The notes under the pieces are model-generated. The model worked only from the letters and a program-made list of their open reading frames with translations, was not told where the DNA came from and ran no database searches. Source: Octopus sinensis (lineage: Eukaryota). From it: a stretch of 64,000 nucleotides of DNA. Below are positions 26,316 to 40,000 of the stretch, in pieces. The DNA is taken from assembly GCF_006345805.1 (NCBI RefSeq), contig NC_043025.1, forward strand, positions 8,184,001 to 8,248,000. The letters are read 5' to 3'. Both the position numbers and the translations under genes were made by a program. Position 1 is the stretch's first letter; each line of letters starts with the position of its first letter.

Positions 26316-27913
26316 TAACCATTACTACTACTACTAGTATAACTATAATCAGTACTACTACCATCCTACCACCACCATCACCACTACTACTAAATCGCAA
26401 TCATCATTAATAGTGAGACAAGTTAGGACACCGAAAAATAACATCACTTAACAATCAGAGGCAGAACCTCTCTGTGGACACATGATCTGCTAGTTATGGT
26501 AATCAATATTCCCGCAAATTAATTAACAAGCGTTCCATCAGTTACAATGACGAGGGGTCCAGTTCATCCGATCAATAGAACAGACTCTCTTTTTACTTGT
26601 TTCAGTCATTTGACTGCGGCCATGCTGGAGCACCACCTTTAGTCGAGCAAATCGACCCCAGGACTTATTCTTTGTAAGCCTAGTACTTATTCTATTGGTC
26701 TCTTTTGCCGAACCACTAAGTACCAGGGACATAAACACACTGACATTGGTTGTCAAGCGATGTTGGGAGGACAAATACACACACACAAATACACACACAT
26801 ATACATATATATACATATATACGACGGGCTTCTTTCAGTTTCCATCTACCAAATCCACTCACAAGGCTTTGGTCGGCCTGTGGCTATAGTAGAAGACACT
26901 TGCCTAAGGTGTCACAGTGGGACTGAACCTGGAACCATGTGGTTCGTAAGCAAGCTACTTACCACACAGCCACTCCTGCACCTATGGAACTAACGTGCAG
27001 GTGGCTGAGCACTTCACAGAAACACATACTCTTAGTTGTAGGAAAACTGGGTGTTAAAATGACTGATATGTATGTGTTTGTGTCTGTCCCACTCCAATCT
27101 GACAACTGGTGTTGGTTGTAAGTAGCTTGCTAACCAACCACATGGTTCCGGGTTCAGTCCCACTGCGTGGCATCTTGGGCAAGCCTTGTGAATGGATTTG
27201 GTAGACGGAAACTGAAAAAAGCCTGTCGTATATATGTACATATATATGTATGTGTGTGTTTGTCCCCCTAGCATTGCTTGACAACCGATGCTGGTGTGTT
27301 TACGTCCCCGTCACTTAGCGGTTCGGCAACTAAAGGAGTAGACCTGGGGAGAATATTAGCTAAGAAGTGGTTCCGCATTTCTCAAAATTCTGGAACCCCT
27401 GAACTAGTGCCCCACTAACAGATGCAGTTTAAAGTTGTGCCCAGGAAAACACATGTACGTTCAGGATAACATACATATATAAAGATACATGCACACACAT
27501 ATACTTGCATGCATCCATCCATCCATCCATCCATACACACATACATACATACATACATACATACACACACATACATACATACATACATACATACATACAT
27601 ACATACATACATACATAAATACATACACACATACATACACATACATACATACATGCATACATACATACATACATACATACATACACACATACATACATGC
27701 ATGCATGCATGCATACATACATACATACATCCATCCATACACATACATACATACATACATACATCCATGCATGCATACATACATACATACACACATACAT
27801 ACATACATGCATGCATACATACATACATACACACACACACATACATACATACGTACATGCATACATACATACATACATACATGCATGCATGCATGCATGC
27901 ATACATACATACA

Positions 27914-27944
<31 letters not shown>

Positions 27945-29177
27945 TTACATGATGGCTGTCTACTCATTAGACAAGCATGACCATCACTGACAAGTATTGG
28001 CAGTGCCCATGCAAGGGTTTAAAGTCAAGCTTCTACAACATCACAGTACCAAGAAACCCAGAGACAAGCCAGATGGAAGATACCCTAGATGGACGAACAT
28101 GGTGTCTATGAGTGTCTTCTGGAGGCAACTCTGACATGTTATTTAACCTACAGCTTGGACCCTAACAAGTGCTTACTACTCAGGGCCAGAGTAGACATGG
28201 GTACAACAGTGACTAAGAAGTGATTCCACACTCCTCAAGACCCTGGAACTCTTGTACTGGTGTCCCACTACCAGATGTACTTTAAGTCATACCCAGGACA
28301 ACACATATACATACATATATACATATATACATACATACATACATGCATGCATGCATACATACATACATACATACATGATGGTTTCCCCCTCATTATCGAG
28401 TATGGCCATTGCATGAAGCTTAACTGTTACTGGTGCTGTGATCGAATGTGACTTTTTAGCCCAGCTAAAGACCTTCAATGTCTTGTACAGAATTGGCAAC
28501 TAAAACCTTTACTGGTAATAGCCAGCTGTAGTTGTAACTGGGCTTCATGTACCTTTGCATGTCGTTTAAGTCCTCCTGCCGAATTACACTCTCTTCCACA
28601 TGCCCGACAGATATGATTAGTATGGTACACACACCTACATACATCTGATTGGATGGACGAGGTGTCTGTGAGTGACCTCCATCTGGAGGCAATTCTGTGA
28701 CATGCTAATTAACCCATAACTGGGGCACTAACAGTTGCTACTACTGGGGGTAAGTGTAGATTTGGGGGCAACAGTGGCTAAGAGGTGGTTTTGCAGTCAT
28801 CAAACAACTTGGAACTCCCAAACCACAGCCCCACAACCAGATTCAGTTCAAAGTCATATTCGGACACTGTTCCAATATCACAAATAAAAATGGCAATCAC
28901 CATTTCGTAAGTGGTTCATTCCAGTATCACGAAAGAAATGGGGAAACCCTGGCACTCTCTTTTACTCTTTTACTTGTTTCAGTCATTTGACTGCGGCCAT
29001 GCTGGAGCACCGCCTTAGTCGAGCAACTCGACCCCGGGACTTATTCTTTTTTTTTGTAAGCCCAGTACTTATTCTATCGGTCTCTTTTGCCGAACCGCTA
29101 AGTGACGGGGATGTAACACACCAGCATCAGTTGTCAAACAATGCTAGGAGGACAAACACAGACACACAAACACACAC

Positions 29178-29210
<33 letters not shown>

Positions 29211-32200
29211 CATATATACGACAGGCTTCTTTCAGTTTCCGTCTACCAAATCCACTCACAAGGCTTTGGTCGGCCCGGGGCTATTGCAGAAGACACTTGC
29301 CCAAGATGCCACGCAGTGGGACTGAACCCGGAACCATGTGGTTGGTTAGCAAGCTACTTACCACACAGCCACTCCTGCGCCTATACTCCTGAACCTAGAT
29401 ATATTGGGTTGGCAACTAAGTTCCTGCCATTTTTTTTAAATTTTGGAATTTATTCTGTTTTTAAACTTTGGAATTCCATTTTTGAATTATTTTGGAATCT
29501 ATTTTGTTTTTTTGTTTTTTTCTAGTTAATTTTAGTTAATTTTTATTTATTTTCATATCATTAAAATGGAATGTCAAGTTAAGAAAAATGAGCATTTTAG
29601 ACATCTTCTTTTTGCTTTTAATCAAAGTTCTAGAGACCGCAAAAGCTGCTTGCAACATTTATGCTATGTATGGAGAGGATGCCATAGCTGAAAGAACCAC
29701 TCGTGATCGGTATGCCAAGTTCAAAAATGGAAATTTTGACATCAAAGATGCACCTCGTTCTGGCCGTCCAGTTGAGTTTGATGCAGAGTGATTAAACCAA
29801 CTTTTACACGAAAATTCTCATCAAACAACAAGGGAACTGGCAGAGAAAATGGAATGCTCCCACACTGTTAAAGAGAGCATCTTCACTCAATGGGAAAGGT
29901 TCGGAGGTATGGAGTATGGGTTCTGTATGCTTTAAGGGACAACAACAAAAATCAACGATCCACAATCTCTGCTGGTTTGCTTGGTCGTCACCACTCAACT
30001 CATTGACAAAAGCAATGATTTCTTTACTGACTCGTTGCTAGTGACGAAAAATGGCGCCTGTACATCAATATGAAGCTGCGTAAGGAATGGCTTAGCCCCG
30101 GTAAACAAATGACACTGCGCGTAAAACAAGATCTTCATCCTTGTAAGACGATGTTGTGCATATGGTGGGACTGGGAAGGGATTATCCATTACGAATTGCT
30201 TGAATGGAACCAAACGGTCAATGCAGACTCTATGTTCAACAGATGGAACGACTCAACATGGCTATTCAAGAGAAAAGACCTAATCGGCAGCATGGAGTTC
30301 TCCTACTGCACGACAATGCCTGGCCTCAAATCACCAATATGACCAAGGTAGCTATTCAAACACATGGCTGGGAAGTGCTGCCACATCCGCCGTACTCTCC
30401 TGATTTGGCACCAATGGATTTCCACCTCTTTCGATCTCTTTCAAATGCTATGCACGGAGTTTCGTTCAATACTGATGCAGAATTGAGAGCTTGGTTGGAT
30501 CAATTTTTCGAGTCAAAATTGAATGATTTCTACCAATGAGGTATTGAAAATCTTGTTGAACATTGTGAAGAAGTTGCACACAACAAGGGTGAATACATTG
30601 TCGATTAATTAGTTGTTATTTTTTATTAAATCTTTTAGGAAATTTAAATTTTAAAAAACCGCAGGAACTTATTTGCCAACCCAATAGTTTAAGATCATAC
30701 CCAGGAAAATGTAGCAATTTGAGTGTAGGGGTGGGTGTGGGGGCAACATAATGCCTGAAAAATGAGAACAAGATGTTTTGCTAGATCAAGCCTTACCTCA
30801 GGCTAAACAAACACTATACAAAAGATAGTGGAGGCGCAATGGCCCAGTGGTTAGGGCAGCGGACTCGCGGTCGTAGGATTGCGGTTTCGAATCCCAGACT
30901 GGGCGTTGTGAGTGTTTATTGAGCGAAAACACCTAAAAGCTCCACGAGGCTCTAGTAGGGGGTGGTGGTGATCCCTGCTGTACTCTTTCACCACAACTTT
31001 CTCTCACTCTTACTTCCTGTTTCTGTTGTACCTGTATTTCAAAGGGCCGGCCTTGTCACTCTCTGTGTCACACTGAATCTCCCTGAGAACTACGTTAAGG
31101 GTACACATGTCTGTGGAGTGCTCAGCCACTTACACGTTAATTTCACGAGCAGGCTGTTCTGTTGGTCGGATCAACCGGAACCCTCGTCGTCGTAACCGAC
31201 GGAGTGCTTCCATCCATACAAAAGATGGAGAAATGTTTATATCATGACTCTTACATGTGTTGTTGTTGTTCTTGTTGCAGCTTCCTTCAAGCACAAAGAA
31301 TTTGAAAGTTGAAGTGACTGGAAATGGTTATGTTCTTGTTCAGGTAAGCTTCTGGCTTTATTTACACACACACACACACACATACAACACATGTGGAGGC
31401 ACATGGCCCAGTGGTTAGAGCAGTGGATCACGGTCGAGGGATCGTGGGTTCAAATCTCAGACCGGACAATGTGTATGTTTATGAGCGAAAACACCTAAGC
31501 TCCACGCGGCTCCGGCAGAAGGTAATGGCAAAAATTCTGCTGACTCTTTCGCCACAACTTTCTCTCACTCTTTACTCCTGCATCTTGCAGCTCACCTGCG
31601 GTGGACCAGTGTCCCGTCTAGGTGGGGAACCTATACGCCAAGAAACCGGGAATCCGGCCCTTATGAGCCAGGCATAGCTCAAGAAGGAACAAACAAAAAA
31701 CATACACACATACACATAGTGGAGGCACATGGCCTAGTGGTTAGAGCAGCAGTCGAGGGATCGCGGGTTCAAATCTCAGACCGGGCGATGTGTGTGTTTA
31801 TGAGCGAAACACCTAAGCTCCACGCGGCTCCAGCAGAAGGTAATGGCGAAATTTCTGCTGACTCTTTCGCCACAACTTTCTCTCACTCTTTCCTCCTGCG
31901 TCTTGCAGCTCACCTGCGATGAACTGGCGTCCCGTCCAGGTGGGGAATCTATACGCCAAGAAACTGGGAAACCGGCCCTTATGAGCCAGGCGTAGCTCGA
32001 GAAGGAACAAACAACAACACACAACACATACAAACACATTTGTGTGTGTAAACACACACACAGATGCACATATGAGAGTCAGCTAAAATGTCCATAGACT
32101 GACCAAGATACCCTCATGGAATGAGGCCAAATGAGGTTTATTTCCCAACATAGTCCTCCTTGCAGTCCACACACTTCTTCCATTGGTGTTGCAGAGCTTG

Positions 32201-32574
32201 GCTCACATTGGTCAAGAAGCTTTCATCCTGTTGGTCAAAAACATCATCAAAACTAGATATGACATCATCATCACCACAATACTGATTCCCAGCCAAGTGT
32301 TTTTTTTTTTTTCATAGATGATAGTTAGATGGGGCCAACTCAGTTGAAGAGGGCAGTACTGATCAACCAGTTCAAAGCTACAGTCATGTACAGCAGCCAT
32401 TGAAACCAAGGGTTTGTATGTTGGAGCATTATCCTGGTGAATCAATTCCCCTTTTGTCAGTTTTCCTGAACATTTGTTTATAACTTGGCATAGTAGTCTC
32501 CACTGATGGAGTGGCCCTTTTATAGATAGTTTATAAGCATAATACCTTTTGCATTCCAAAAACCTGAGACAATG

Positions 32575-32642
<68 letters not shown>

Positions 32643-33555
32643 TGTGTGTATATATGTGTGTGTGTGTAAGGCGGCAAGCTGGCAGAAACGTTAGCACGCC
32701 GGGCGAAATGCTTACCAGTACTTCGTCTGCCACTACATTCTGAGTTCAAATTCCGCTGAGGTCGACTTTGCCTTTCATCCTTTCGGGGTCGATAAATTAA
32801 GTACCAGTTACGCACTGGGGTCGATATAATTGACTTAATCCGTTTGTCTGTCCTTTTTTGTCCCCTCTGTGTGTAGCCCCTTGTGGGCAGCAAAGAAATA
32901 TATATATATTATATAAGAATGAATGTTTTTATATATAATGAACGTGAAATACAGGAAGGGACGAACACGGAACACAGACAAATCATTCGAAGCCTTCAAT
33001 CTTCAGTCAGACACCGAATCATCATAGCAAATTTCGGCTGTTCAATTCTGATATTTGCTCCAACTCGGCCAGCCCCAAGAAAAAAAACTAAGCTGTAAGC
33101 ATTAGATTTCTTGGTAGAAGACAGGAATGTGAACGCACAAGACGGATGTGAATACAAGAGACGAAAACGAAATTGAAAACAGTAATGAATAAACAAAATA
33201 TATATAACGGTGGTTGTCATACGACTTTAGACCAAAAGAGACAAAACAACAACAACATAGCAGCTGGCGTAGAAATAATTACCGTTTCGGTAGCGGGGAC
33301 ACATGTTGGTCGAGATACGAAGGCCAACAGAATGGTTGAAGAAGCAGCAGGTCACAGGCGAGAGAGAAAGAGAGACAGAGAGAGAGGGAATCAAAGAGGG
33401 TGGAAGGCAGGGGACAGAATCAGTGACCAAGAGAAAAGGAGAAAGAAGGGATTAAGGAGGATGGGAGGAAGAGGGGAGGAGGATGGGAGGAAGAGAGGGG
33501 AAGAATCGGAGGGCGCCAAAAAGTTTGGTGAAGAAGCAATGGCGGGTAGTAAAAG

Positions 33556-33632
<77 letters not shown>

Positions 33633-34037
33633 ACCATTCATCATCATCATCATCGTTTAACATCTGCTTCACATGCTAGCATGAGTTGGACGATTTGACT
33701 GAGGGCTGGCGAACCAGATGGCTGCACCAGACTCCAATCTGATCTGGCAGAGTTTCTACAGCTGGATGCCCTTCATAACGCCAACCACTTCAAGAGTGTA
33801 GTGAGTGCTTTTACATGCCACCGGCACGGGGGCCAGTCAGGTGGTACTGGCAACGGCAACGCTCAAATGGTGCTTTTTATGTGCCTCCTGCACAGAAGCC
33901 AGTCCAGCGGCACTGGCAACAATCTTGCTCAAATGTTTTTTCACGTGCCACCAGCACAAGTGCCAGTAAGGCAATGCAGGTAATGATCACGCTTGAATGG
34001 TGCTTTCTACATGCCACCGGCACAGAAGCCAGTTTGT

Positions 34038-34083
<46 letters not shown>

Positions 34084-37000
34084 GAGGTACATAGCCTAGT
34101 GGTTAGAACAGCGGACTCGTGGTCGAGGGATCTCAGGTTCGAATCTCAGACAAGCAATCTTTGTGTTTATGAGCGAAACACCTAAGCTCCACACGGTTAT
34201 GGCAGAAGGTAATGGTGAACTTCTGCTGACTCCTTCGCCACAACTTTCTCTCACTCTTTCCTCCTGCATCTTGTTGCAGTGTTTAGGTTCTTACTATCAA
34301 CCATGATCTTACTCTTTATTGGGCTGTGTTCCTGATACTTTTTCCAGTCTGGTGGTAAGCTCCTGCAGTTCTGCTTCACTGCTTCCTAACACATACCACA
34401 CACACATACCACGCACAATGCACATCTGTGTATATGTGTGTGTGTGTGTCTTTGTGCGTGTGGTTTTGTGCTTCTCACCTGTAATTTGGCAGTTTGACAA
34501 AAGACACAAATAGAATTTTTTTTTAAAATCAGTCCTGGGCTCAATTTATTTGACTATAATTCCTTAGGTAATTGCTCTAGCATGGCCGCAGTTCAATGAC
34601 TGAAACAAGTAAAAGATATGATCAGACACACGCACACACACAACACGCACGCACACACACACACACATGCACAAGCATTTGTCTTATGAAGAAAGGCTGA
34701 AGACGCCCGACCTTTATTCTCTAGAAAAATGCCGCCACCGTGGTGATCTCATTTTCGCTCACAACATCATAAGCAGAAAGTGTAACCTCTAGAAAGAGCT
34801 GTTCTTCACTCCTGCTCCAGAGCATCGGCTGCGGGGTCACTCCAAAAAGCTCTATCTGCGACGATTTCATCTCAATCGAAGGAGAGGGGCTTTCTCCGTC
34901 CGGGTTGCGGACTCGTGGAATAAGCTGCCGGACGAGATAGTGAAGATGCCAATGACCGCTCGGTTCAAAGTCTCTCTTGACCAGAAATGGCCTGAACTCT
35001 TTGCATGAACATCCTCCCTGTACATAACTCCATGTCCCCCTACATGTTCTTGCTTTTTGCTTTCTGAGCCAAAAAATTAACTTAACTTAACTTAACACAT
35101 ACACACAACCATATTTGCTATGTCATTTACTTTGATCCTGTGTTTTCCGATAGGTGAACTGGCAATATAATTTGATCCCTGAGGAGAAAGGGACTTATTT
35201 ATCTATCAATATGTCAAAGAAGTCAACCCCTCCAGAAACTGCTGAATATGATACCTGTGTTAAGTAAGTATGAATCAGAGGGCAAGGTGTTTTTTTATCG
35301 TGTACATTGTTATAATGTGGATCCTCATCCACTTGTATGCTATTGTCTTCTTGCCACTATTATGTTGTGGCAGTATTATGGATCTTAAAGGCGGCAAGCA
35401 GGCAGAAACGTTAGCACGCCGGGCGAAATGCTTAGCCGTATTTCGTCTGCTATTACATTCTGAGTTCAAATTCCACCGAGGTCGACTTTGCCTTTCATCC
35501 TTTCGGGGTTGATAAATTAAGTACCAGTTACACACTGGGGTCGATATAATCGACTTAATCTGTTTGTCTGTCCTTGTTTGTCCTCTCTGTATTTAGCCCC
35601 TTGTGGGTAGTAAAGAAATAGGTATTTCGTCTACCGCTACGTACTGAGTTCAAATTCCGCCAAGGTCGACTTTGCCTTTCATCCTTTCGGGGTCAATAAA
35701 TTAAGTACCAGTTACGCATTGGGGTCGATATAATCGACTTAATCCGTTTGTCTGTCCTTGTTTGTCCCCTCTATGTTTAGCCCCTTGTGGGTAGTAAAGA
35801 AACAGGTATTCTGGATCTTATTATCTTTCAATGTATCCATGCCCAGGGAAGTAAGGCGTTCAGAACATGGCAAATGCCTGATAGAGGGTATTCTCTTGGT
35901 TGTCAGATACATGCTTGCGTGTGTGTATCGAGGGGAGAAATCAGGTGTAGTGTTGGCAAATCTCAGGAAGCATGGAAGTTTTGAAGGATGCAGTGCTCCG
36001 ACAACTAACAACTGATGCCGGCAGTTTGTTCCATGCTTCAGCGTGTGTATGGAGGGGAGAAATCAGGTGTAGTGTTGGCAAATCTCAGGAAGCATGGAAG
36101 TTTTGAAGGATGCAGTGCTCCGACAACTAACAACTGATGCCGGCAGTGTGTTCCATGCTTCAGCAACTCTCAGCGTGAAAAAATGTTTCCAAAAGTCATG
36201 GGAGCTGTGCTGTTTTCTGACTTTGTAAACTTGTCCACGGGTGTTAGACAGGTGGAGTTTGAAAAGGTGCTCAGAGTTATTGTTTGTAAGATGGTTAATA
36301 ATTTTATGGGTGTCTGCCAAGTCAGCTGCCAGACGTCGGAGTTTCAATGTGTCCATGCCTAGGGAAGTAAGGCATTCAGAATATGGCAAATGCCTGATGG
36401 AGGGTATTCTCTTGGTGGCACATTGCTGAACGGCTTCCAGATGATTAATATCCTGGGCAAGATAGGTGTTCTAGACCGGTGCTTTAAAATATCTCTCTCT
36501 CTCTCACTTTCTCTCTCTTTTTTTTACATTCAACCCCTTTCATGATTGTATTTCAACCTGGCCTCTTTGTAATTACAGGTACACAGGAAAGGATGATACT
36601 GGAATGGTATTAGTTTCAATAAACACTCTGTCTGGATTTACTGCAAATTCAGTGGATCAATCAAGCGACCCGTTAATAAAGAGGTCAGAAGTGGAAGACA
36701 ACAAGGTGTTGTCTATCTGGACTCTGTATGTATTCTGCCTTATACTCTGAGCTCATTATATCTCTTTACCATATACTGTCATTGTTTTATCTTTTGCTTG
36801 TTTCAGTCATCAGACTGTGGCCATGCTGGGGCATAGCCTTAAAGGGTTTAATTGAACAAATCAACCCATCATGTCAAGCAGTGGTGGAGGTACAAAACAG
36901 ACACAAAGACACACATGCACATGTACACACAATGCATCTTTGCACATACACACATACATGCATCCTTGCACACACACACATGCATCCTTGCACACACACA

Positions 37001-40000
37001 CATGCATCCTTGCACACACACACATGCATCCTTGCACACCACATACATGCATCCTTGCACACACACACATACATGCATCCTTGCACACACACACATACAT
37101 GCATCCTTGCACACACACACACACACACACACATGCATCCTTGCACACACACACATACATGCATCCTTGCACATGTACACACACATGCATCCTTGCACAC
37201 ACACACATACATGCATCCTTGCACACACACACATACATGCATCCTTGCACATGTACACATACATGCATCCTTGCACACACACACATACATGCATCCTTGC
37301 ACACACACACATACATGCATCCTTGCACATGTACACATACATGCATCCTTGCACACACACACATACATGCATCCTTGCACACACACACATACATGCATCC
37401 TTGCACACACACACATACATGCATCCTTGCACACACACACATACATGCATCCTTGCACACACACACATACATGCATCCTTGCACATGTACACATACATGC
37501 ATCCTTGCACACACACACACACATGCATCCTTGCACATGTACACACACATGCATCCTTGCACACACACACATACATGCATCCTTGCACACACACCACAAA
37601 CATGCATCCTTGCACACACACACATGCATCCTTGCACACACACACATACATGCATCCTTGCACACAACACACATACATGCATCCTTGCACAACACACATA
37701 CATGCATCCTGCACACACACACATACATGCATCTTGCACATGTACACACACATGCATCCTTGCACACACACACATACATGCATCCTTGCACACACACACA
37801 TACATGCATCCTTGCACATGTACACATACATGCATCCTTGCACACACACACATACATGCATCCTTGCACACAACACAATACATGCATCCTTGCACACACA
37901 CACATACATGCATCCTTGCACACACACACATACATGCATCCTTGCACACACACACATACATGCATCCTTGCACATGTACAAATAATGCATCCTTGCACAC
38001 ACACACACACATGCATCCTTGCACATGTACACACACATGCATCCTTGCACACACACACATACATGCATCCTTGCACACACACACACACACATGCATCCTT
38101 GCACACACACACACACATGCATCCTTGCACACACACATACATGCATCCTTGCACACACACACACATACATGCATCCTTGCACACACACACATACATGCAT
38201 CCTTGCACACACACACATGCATCTTTGCACACACACACATACATGCATCTTTGCACATGTACACACACATGCACACAGGCACATATGAACAATGAGGTTC
38301 TTTTTAGATTTTGTCTACGAAATCCACTCACAAGTCTTTGGTTGGCCTGAAGCTATAACAGAAGACATTTTGGATCTTTTCGGTTTGAATGGCAGTTTTT
38401 TTCTAGCGGTGTCATATGAAATTGTCACCCATAATTATGACCCTAGTATCGATCTATTGCATTTCAATCTGTTTTAGGGTTAGGGTTAGTGTTAGGGTTA
38501 GGGTGGGGAAGGGTATCTTTTTTTCTTCACAAATGTAAATAAACCCAATCTGTTTCTTAAATGTGGGACGTATTCATACGGCACAGAATGTTTTTTTACC
38601 TCAATGGACATCATTGATTGGTTGAAATTGCAGAAATTGAAGGAAAAAAACAACAAATAGCTTACAAACTATAGAATTTTCTCAATAAAGCCAAGAGAAA
38701 AAGATGTTTTATGTAATACATTCTACCAGTATACGAAGTTTAAAATTTTTTAGTTACGTGGAAATTATTTTAAACATTGCCGTTCAAACCAAAAAGATTT
38801 GAAATTTTCCAAAGTTGCCACACAGTGAGACTGATCCATGCAGTTTGGAAGCAAACTCCTTATCTCATAACTACATCTGCATCTATTGTCCAAGAAGTGT
38901 TAGTAAGTCAGTAAATAGATCACATTCACTAGAATAGCTATGATTTTAATGCAATACTATGAGTCTTGAGCTGTATTCGGCCAGTTCATGTAAAATCATG
39001 TTTTCCTAAGCAGAAAACATGATCAATTAATCATCAGACATAGTTGACCTGAGACATATGGCTAGGGCTCTTTTACCTTTCAGGGGCTAAAATCAACAGC
39101 CAGTCATCAAGCTGAAGGCTACTGGTAAACATCAAAACTGCTAGTCTTTGGCCAAAGCAAAATTGAGAAACAAAAGATAAATATTATGGAGATGTACTTG
39201 CATAGCGAGTGACTTGATCTGAGAACGTGTGCTGGAACGAAAACAATTGCAGCGTGGAAGGTGTTTATAATCCATTTAAGAAACACACAAAAACTGTTAG
39301 ATTCACTTCAACATTTAAATTTAATTTGTCAAAATATATTCGTTGCTTTCAGACCGCGACCTGTTCACTGACAAAATTCTGTGCTATATAAATATATATA
39401 TATATATTACGGAGATGTACTTGCATAGCGAGTGACTTGATCTGAGATCGTGTTCTGGAACGAAAACAATTGCAGCGTGGATGGTGTTTATAAGCCTTTT
39501 AAGAAACACACAAAATCCGTTAGATTCTCACTTCAACATTTAAATTTAATTTGTCAAAATATTTTCATCGCTTTGAGACCGGGACCTGTTCACTGACAAA
39601 ACTTCGTGCTGCATATATTTCGCTAGGGAACTGCTCTACATCTTAGAGTGAGCTGCTTCTCCGGTTTATATTTTCTACAAACGATACACACACACACATG
39701 TATATGCTATGCAAGTACATCCCCATAATATATATATATATATATAGCACGAAGTTTTGTCAGTGAACAGGTCGCGGTCTCAAAGTGACGAAAATATTTT
39801 GACAAATTAAACTTAAATGTTGAAGTGAATCTAACGGTTTTTGTGTGTTTCTTAAATAGCTTACAAACACCTTCCATGCTGCAATTGTTTTCGTTCCAGC
39901 ACACAATCTCAGATCAAGTCACCCGCTATGCAAGTACATCTCTGTAATATATATATAGCACAGAATTTTGTCAGGGAACAGGTCGCAGTCTCAAAGCGCC

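Larger units (their letters stand above)
23616..27117 (+). repeat. Tandem duplication of about 1.71 kb (2 copies plus a partial third of about 75 bp) containing the TEP exon
   Basis: Exon starts at 23924 and 25631 (period 1707); copies differ mainly by homopolymer and microsatellite length. Confidence 0.93.

Noticed and set aside
29566-30608. Possible functional or domesticated transposase
   Set aside because: In-frame stops (e.g. about 29789, 30537) and frameshifts; the same applies to 45243-46260.
30829-30905. tRNA-like sequences (also 31393, 31718, 40790-40867, 43870)
   Set aside because: They are SINE heads continuing into SINE bodies; not called as tRNA genes.
36728-38350. ORFs of 377-540 aa on both strands
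   Set aside because: They are translations of a CA-rich minisatellite (HT/CV repeats) that is open in nearly all frames; not genes.
38475-38510. TTAGGG/CCCTAA runs (also about 53955-53985, 56420-56435, 57562-57580)
   Set aside because: Only 2-4 imperfect units at a fixed position inside a TIR element; not telomeric or a fusion scar.
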